A stretch of 41,374 bases of DNA, taken from assembly GCA_964428535.1 (NCBI GenBank), contig CAYRYK010000003.1, positions 1 to 41,374 on the forward strand. The letters are read 5' to 3'. Shown piece after piece: positions 36,714-41,374 of the stretch (within the stretch, counting starts at the first letter, position 1; each line of letters begins with the position of its first letter). The notes beneath the pieces are model-generated. The model was not told where the DNA came from and did not search any database. It saw only the letters and a list, made by a program, of their open reading frames with translations. The stretch is from an uncultured Gammaproteobacteria bacterium. GTDB taxonomy: Bacteria > Patescibacteriota > Microgenomatia > UBA12405. Made by a program: the position numbers and the translations under genes.

Positions 36714-37019
36714 TTATTTAAAAATTCCAAAGAAAAGCAAGACAAAAACGAGGATAGTGATGGTAGCAAAGGCAGCGACAGTTTGTAAAAAAAGTTTAAC
36801 GGCGGATTTTTGGTGACCATTGAGAAAAAGCATGAGTGGTTGATATAAAAATACATAGGCCATAATAGTAGCAGACAGAGTAAATAAAGAAATCATAGCA
36901 ATTGGCGCTAAGACAGTGTCTTTTTGAGGAAATAATTGGCTACCATAATACATAAACACAGCAACGAGAGTAATATATAAAGCGGCAAAGAAGGCGTTGA
37001 GGAAAGGGTTTTTGGTCAT
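36714..37019 (-). CDS. Small 3-4 TM membrane protein, unknown function
   Basis: The hydrophobic ORF begins MTKNPFLNAFFAALYITLVAV... I chose the ATG at 37019; in-frame ATGs at 37037 and 37052 are alternatives. Confidence 0.55.
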   Translation of the reverse strand: MTKNPFLNAFFAALYITLVAVFMYYGSQLFPQKDTVLAPIAMISLFTLSATIMAYVFLYQPLMLFLNGHQKSAVKLFLQTVAAFATITILVFVLLFFGIFK

Positions 37020-37045
37020 ATATGAATATATTATCATATATGACC
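37014..37045. promoter_or_regulatory. Perfect 12-bp inverted repeat with 8-nt spacer, enclosing a TGATAATAT -10 element and the start codon; candidate operator or start-codon-sequestering hairpin
   Basis: The plus strand reads ggtcatatatga-atatatta-tcatatatgacc. Each arm contains the self-palindrome TCATATATGA. Confidence 0.5.
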
Positions 37046-37197
37046 GAAACAAAGGTTTTATTTACTAAAAAAGTAGTTTACTATGACTGTTTTTTATATT
37101 TAGTTAAACAAAAAACTCCTTTGGTTGGTTTAAGAATTTTGTTAGGATGTTTTTCAGTCAGTTTCCAAACATAACCATTGATGGTTTTGGATGAATT

Positions 37198-37803
37198 TTA
37201 ATTTTTCTTTAATATAATATCAAACCAATCTGTGTGGCCGATTTTTTTATAATCAAGAAAAACAGTGGAAAAATTATTTCCAGCAATCTTTTTAATTATT
37301 TTTGGATTATAGTAATAAAACATTCTTTCTCCATATTCATCTTTTTTAATCTCTTCAGTGTATTCATCTCTCATTTTTAATGAAATGTAAAAAATACCCC
37401 CTTTATTTAGAGACTGATAAACTTTTTTAAAAACTTCAGCTAAATCAGCTTTGTTTATGTGCAGCAAAGAGGCAAAGGCATAGACTATATCAATATTTTG
37501 AGGATATTGATAATTTAGAGCATCAGATAAAACAAAATTTGTTTGAGGAAGTGCTTTAATAGCAATATCTAAAAGGCCTTTAGACGGATCAAATCCTTCG
37601 TACCAAGAAACACGTTTGATAATTTCGGCAGCATCTCGTCCGCTACCACAACCAATTTCTATGGAACGAATATTACTTTTGTTGTTTAAAAAACTCATAG
37701 CTTTTTCAATATCCCCAATTCTTGAACCTATATCACTAAAGTATTTAGAAAATTGTTTGGGAAATTTGTCGTAAACGGCAATGGTTTTTAGATCTTTTGG
37801 CAT
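37198..37803 (-). CDS. Class I SAM-dependent methyltransferase
   Basis: It has motif I IEIGCGSGRDA and the downstream block DIVYAFASLLH. Confidence 0.8.
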   Translation of the reverse strand: MPKDLKTIAVYDKFPKQFSKYFSDIGSRIGDIEKAMSFLNNKSNIRSIEIGCGSGRDAAEIIKRVSWYEGFDPSKGLLDIAIKALPQTNFVLSDALNYQYPQNIDIVYAFASLLHINKADLAEVFKKVYQSLNKGGIFYISLKMRDEYTEEIKKDEYGERMFYYYNPKIIKKIAGNNFSTVFLDYKKIGHTDWFDIILKKN

Positions 37804-37813
37804 CTATATATAG

Positions 37814-37823
37814 ATTATAGCAA
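37814..37823 (-). promoter_or_regulatory. Candidate extended -10 (TTGCTATAAT) 10 nt upstream of the methyltransferase ATG
   Basis: The minus strand reads agagTTGCTATAATctatatatagATG. The 14-bp palindrome ATCTATATATAGAT (37802-37815) spans the start codon. Confidence 0.4.
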
Positions 37824-37944
37824 CTCTATTAGCTCTCTGAGCTTCAAAATGTCAGAAAATTTTACCTGGGAATTCTGGATGTAAATCTTGGAAAGATTGG
37901 TGAAAAAATGGTTCTTTAATTCTAGATTCTTTATTAGTTTGATA

Positions 37945-38997
37945 CTAACTCGGCGTTACCTGCTTCATTAACATATCTAAAATAATACCAGAAACATACG
38001 GATTATTGATAATTTTTTCGTATATCCAAACCCCTGCTGTCTTAATTTTGTTGAGGTAATCTTGAATTTTATTTGGATTATTTTTGTTAATCACCTCAGT
38101 CTTAAGATTCTCAAGTAAATCAATAATTTCACTCTTATTTTGAATTTCTACATTTTCTTTTATCTCATTTTTAATGTCTTCAAAAACAGTAGATATTTCA
38201 CCGATATTAACTGAAATTGGGCTACCTGAACCATAAGTTTGGGTAACAATATGGGGTGCAAAGTAATTGTTAACTGTCGAAGCTTTTTCTTTAATTGCGT
38301 CGTTTGACGAGTCAAGTTCGGAAATACCTTTTGCTGTAATCTTTACATTAATTATTGGAGTTGACTCAGATAATTGTCTTGTACATTTTACATTTCCCTC
38401 TTCTTCTAGTAGATTCAAGTTGAAAAATATTTCTTTGGCTAATATTGGAACAGAAGATTCAAGCTCTTCAATCTTCATAAAACCAGATGGATTTTCTTCT
38501 AGATTATTTAGTAGGATTTGTAATATTTCCAATTTAATTGATTTTCGACTAACTTCATTTTTAAAAATAATTCTCTGAGCTGTGTTAAATAAATTACCTT
38601 CCAGTTTGACGGAATAAGTATCTTTTTCTTTATCATAATTGTCCGGAGTGTTCCCAAATTCGATATTAAAGCACGATAAACTTCGTTCAAAAATCGACTT
38701 GACTCTTTCCATGTCGATTGGTAAATGTGCTAATAAACTAGCAAAGGAAAATTCTAACATTTCACTGAAACCAAACATTGAACCGTTCTGTTTATTTTGT
38801 CCAAAAGATGCTACCAAATCTTCATAAAAATTAATTGCACCAACCCAATTCCCATCAATATCAGCTAACACTAAACGTCTTAAAATGTGACTAAAACTAC
38901 CATTAGATTTTGACATCCCTTCAACCTCTTGATCACGATATACGATGTAAGGCGTGTTATTAATCCTTATTTTGGTAACTTTTATAAAATCTCTCAT
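37945..38997 (-). CDS. Hypothetical cytosolic protein (350 aa), possibly with a central winged-helix-like segment
   Basis: I see no catalytic motif. The segment KLEILQILLNNLEENPSGFMKIEELESSV...LLEEEGNVK looks wHTH-like by eye only. The gene lies 9 nt downstream of the preceding gene. Confidence 0.55.
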   Translation of the reverse strand: MRDFIKVTKIRINNTPYIVYRDQEVEGMSKSNGSFSHILRRLVLADIDGNWVGAINFYEDLVASFGQNKQNGSMFGFSEMLEFSFASLLAHLPIDMERVKSIFERSLSCFNIEFGNTPDNYDKEKDTYSVKLEGNLFNTAQRIIFKNEVSRKSIKLEILQILLNNLEENPSGFMKIEELESSVPILAKEIFFNLNLLEEEGNVKCTRQLSESTPIINVKITAKGISELDSSNDAIKEKASTVNNYFAPHIVTQTYGSGSPISVNIGEISTVFEDIKNEIKENVEIQNKSEIIDLLENLKTEVINKNNPNKIQDYLNKIKTAGVWIYEKIINNPYVSGIILDMLMKQVTPS

Positions 38998-39006
38998 ATC
39001 AATATA

Positions 39007-39516
39007 TTACTCTTGATTGGATTGGTCTTTACTAGATTGATCTTCACCGTTTGCTTTTAGAAAATTTTTCATCGGTAAAAGCTTAAGGTCTAATTCCATT
39101 TTTGCCCACTCTTGATATCTTTGATCCAGATCGTCTGAAAGCTGTTTACCACCAACTTTGGTTTCTATTAACCCCATTTGGAGCTGACTTGAACTTTTTC
39201 TTACAGACTCAATACTAGCTCTAAGTAATTGATTTTGGTCTTTATTAATTGAATTTTCAAGAGAAAATAATGCATCTGTTATTCCGGCAGTATGATGCAA
39301 AATTGATACTAATTGTTGTTTAAAAGAATTCTGCTCTTGTTTTGATAATTTAACTTGTAAGAAAAGACCTATCGTTGCAACAATTGCTGTTAGAAAACCA
39401 ATCATATCTCCTAAATTATTTATTACGACTCCGTTATTTTTCAAAAGAAATAAAACATTAAAAAAAATAAAAATAATACTGAAGATAAATATCCATTTAA
39501 TTGTTTTTTTGATCAT
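39007..39516 (-). CDS. 2-TM membrane protein with cytoplasmic coiled-coil tail
   Basis: Its TM helices are WIFIFSIIFIFFNVLFLL and MIGFLTAIVATIGLFL, followed by a helical Q/S/L-rich region. It overlaps the upstream gene by 20 nt. Confidence 0.55.
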   Translation of the reverse strand: MIKKTIKWIFIFSIIFIFFNVLFLLKNNGVVINNLGDMIGFLTAIVATIGLFLQVKLSKQEQNSFKQQLVSILHHTAGITDALFSLENSINKDQNQLLRASIESVRKSSSQLQMGLIETKVGGKQLSDDLDQRYQEWAKMELDLKLLPMKNFLKANGEDQSSKDQSNQE

Positions 39517-40060
39517 TTTTTTTGAAAAAATTTATCAATTTGTTTTTGATTTTAACAATCAATTTGTAAATTCCAAAACTAACCAAACCTAGAATAGAAA
39601 AAAAGATAATAAAATCACTGGCTTTAGCTGGTTCACTTGGCTTTTTTACATCTGTCTCACCCAAAACTTGAGGTTGAATTGTTGGAGATATTGCTTCTGA
39701 TTGGGTTATTTCGGGTGTTGGAATATTGGTTGGATTTTCTGTTGGAGTAGGTGTTTGTGTCACTGTTGGAATTATTGGTGTATTGGTTGGACTTGGAATT
39801 CTGGTTGGTGTAGATGTAGGTTTTTTAGTAGGAGTTGCTGTTGGTCTAGGAGTGGAAGTTGGTTGAGTAATAACCTGAGTAGAGTTACAACTTGGGTAAT
39901 AAGGAGCACAAGTGGAAGAAAAAGAAGAACCATCACAACAACGACATCCGCAAACTCCGCCATGATGAGAACAACAACCAGAACGAGCTTCTATATTTTT
40001 TGGCAGAAGAATAAGAGAGAAAAATAAGAAAACGGATAAAATTTTTGCCCAATGTTTCAC
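39497..40060 (-). CDS. Exported Cys/His-rich protein with Pro/Thr linker and C-terminal TM anchor
   Basis: After the signal peptide MKHWAKILSVFLFFSLILLPKNIEA/ comes RSGCCSHHGGVCGCRCCDGSSFSSTCAPYYPSC (8 Cys). A linker of about 70 aa of PT repeats follows, then the TM helix FIIFFSILGLVSFGIYKLIV. The start is GTG. Confidence 0.6.
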   Translation of the reverse strand: MKHWAKILSVFLFFSLILLPKNIEARSGCCSHHGGVCGCRCCDGSSFSSTCAPYYPSCNSTQVITQPTSTPRPTATPTKKPTSTPTRIPSPTNTPIIPTVTQTPTPTENPTNIPTPEITQSEAISPTIQPQVLGETDVKKPSEPAKASDFIIFFSILGLVSFGIYKLIVKIKNKLINFFKKNDQKNN

Positions 40061-40123
40061 TAGCTGGAATTATAATACTTTTTCATGAATAATTCAGGTT
40101 AAACTACCTATAGATTGAGAGAA

Positions 40124-41368
40124 ATGATAATATTGGTTATGAAGATAATCGGAATTTTAAAGTGGTTTTTCTTAGCCTTATGGTTGATTTGTATAGTTTT
40201 ATTTTTGGCAGGTCAAAAAATGGCTCCATCAAATTACAGTACAATGTCGGGTAATCCATGGGGTGCTTTGTTTGGAGGTACCTTCATTATTGGAGTAATA
40301 TCTTTTTGTTTGGCAATTTTTTTTGCCATCATTCAACCAAAATCTCAAATAAAGGAAGATAAAGCTAAAAAAAGAACGATAAACAAAAATGAGAAAAAAT
40401 ATGATTTATCGTTTAAAAGGATTTTTTCAAGAATACTTTTAACTGGTGTAATTGGAATTATTTTTGGAGTAGCAATGTTCCCTTTTATGACTGTGGCTGA
40501 TGGTTTACTTTATGAGCAACGAGCAGCAATTGGCGGACAAAATATGATTAAAATGGTGGCGTTGTGGGGAATTTTTACATTAATAGTATCTCTGTTTGCT
40601 TTTTGGAAAAAACATTTTCGAATGGTTAGTGTTTTGTTAATTGGATGTTGGGTGATTAGTATTGTTTTTCTACTTTTTATTAATATGAGTGATAAAAATG
40701 ACTTGAGGTGTACAAGAGCGACTCCTTATCAAATGCCAACTGAATTTATCCGTGCTTTAGATTTGGTTACTCAGAGAATGGGAATTGATCAAGAGAGAGC
40801 TAACGGTACAATACTCCAATCGGCATTTAATTATCAAAATTGTTTGAATATCCAATATTCAGAAAAAGACAATGATCAAGTGGAGGCTTATTTTGAATAT
40901 CTAACAAACAATGATCCTAAGAATTTGGAAAATCTAAAAGTTGTTGTAAACCCTTCTTACCAAAAATTTGATGATCTAACTTTAGCCACTCTTTTGACTC
41001 ATGAAATTATCCATGCAGGAGAATACATAAATCAGGTTGTTAGTGATAATAAGATCAGCCTCACTTGTTATGAAAAAGAGGCTAAAGCGTTTTTGAGCGA
41101 ACATTCTTTTGTAATGTCTCTTAATGAAGAAGAACAGAGATCAATCTATGCGAGGCTGAGAGAAGACTCTTCAAAGAATCCCACCTTCCAAACCCTTTTA
41201 TTAACCAATCAGAGAGCAATTGAATCAACTAAGGCTTGTAAAGAACTACAGAAGAAAAATAAATTGACAGATGAACAAACTAATAAGTGTTCTTGGGAAG
41301 GTTTGGAAAGTAAGTTGCTCCAGGACATTAAAGAAAATTCTTACTATCAAAAACAATGTGCAAAATAA
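40124..41368 (+). CDS. Polytopic membrane protein with C-terminal HExxH (putative zinc metalloprotease-like) domain
   Basis: It has about 6 TM helices, then a Cys-containing soluble domain of about 210 aa with LATLLTHEIIHAGEY. The start is either the ATG at 40124 or the TTG at 40115. Confidence 0.6.
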   Translation: MIILVMKIIGILKWFFLALWLICIVLFLAGQKMAPSNYSTMSGNPWGALFGGTFIIGVISFCLAIFFAIIQPKSQIKEDKAKKRTINKNEKKYDLSFKRIFSRILLTGVIGIIFGVAMFPFMTVADGLLYEQRAAIGGQNMIKMVALWGIFTLIVSLFAFWKKHFRMVSVLLIGCWVISIVFLLFINMSDKNDLRCTRATPYQMPTEFIRALDLVTQRMGIDQERANGTILQSAFNYQNCLNIQYSEKDNDQVEAYFEYLTNNDPKNLENLKVVVNPSYQKFDDLTLATLLTHEIIHAGEYINQVVSDNKISLTCYEKEAKAFLSEHSFVMSLNEEEQRSIYARLREDSSKNPTFQTLLLTNQRAIESTKACKELQKKNKLTDEQTNKCSWEGLESKLLQDIKENSYYQKQCAK

Positions 41369-41374
41369 TGCTCC

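Noticed and set aside
37053-37197. Imperfect hairpin CCAAAACCAUCAAUGGUUAUGUUUGG downstream of the methyltransferase gene as an intrinsic terminator
   Set aside because: The stem is AT-rich with a bulge and has no following U-tract, so the evidence is too weak to call.
1-41374. Alternative genetic code (UGA recoding as in some CPR lineages)
   Set aside because: TGA ends well-conserved genes at the expected length, for example pyrG and the GNAT gene, whose stop forms an ATGA overlap with tspO. All conserved proteins are full length under the standard code.
1-41374. CRISPR arrays, tRNA/rRNA genes, IS elements, integrases, prophage or plasmid genes
   Set aside because: I saw no regularly spaced direct repeats, and no intergenic region is long or GC-rich enough for a tRNA cloverleaf. 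No transposase, recombinase or capsid-like ORFs are present. This was checked by eye only; tRNAscan-SE, Infernal and ISfinder would confirm it.

Overview
The window is a dense, AT-rich 41.4 kb stretch with about 50 protein genes, mostly on the minus strand, often separated by a few nucleotides or overlapping by 1-8 nt. Gene content and style point to a small-genome, Patescibacteria/CPR-like bacterium, possibly Microgenomates-like; this is inference only. The supporting traits are small housekeeping proteins, a compact sufCBDSU operon, superoxide reductase, LytR_C and Pro/Thr-linker surface proteins, and many orphan ORFs. TGA is an ordinary stop here. I found no rRNA, tRNA, CRISPR array, transposase, integrase or phage genes. 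Recognisable genes include rarA, pyrG, mscL, queA, tspO, sufC/B/D/S/U with an IscR-like Rrf2 regulator, greA, glmS, an ABC-F ATPase, desulfoferrodoxin, a DUF368 membrane protein, prolyl oligopeptidase, and an envelope operon (polysaccharide deacetylase, L,D-transpeptidase, GT-C glycosyltransferase). The features worth a second look are: (1) a glmS ribozyme in the glmS 5' UTR, where the ORF track shows a spurious 73-aa ORF; (2) an ABC-F leader with an extended -10 promoter and a terminator hairpin plus U7 directly abutting the start codon; (3) two DNA-repair-family proteins lacking their catalytic residues, an SRAP/YedK homolog without Cys2/His and an MGMT-fold ATL with Phe for Cys; (4) perfect palindromes covering the -10 box and start codon of sufC and of a small membrane protein; (5) widespread leaderless-type promoter geometry, with TGnTATAAT/TATACT 5-10 nt from start codons; (6) pyrG followed by a Tmk-like kinase translationally coupled to a C-terminally shortened DUF1846 protein; (7) an orphan cassette at 37.9-41.4 kb made of a Cys-rich exported protein, a 2-TM coiled-coil protein, a 350-aa cytosolic protein and a divergent polytopic HExxH protein. 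I could not assign a function to this cassette or to several other orphan ORFs.
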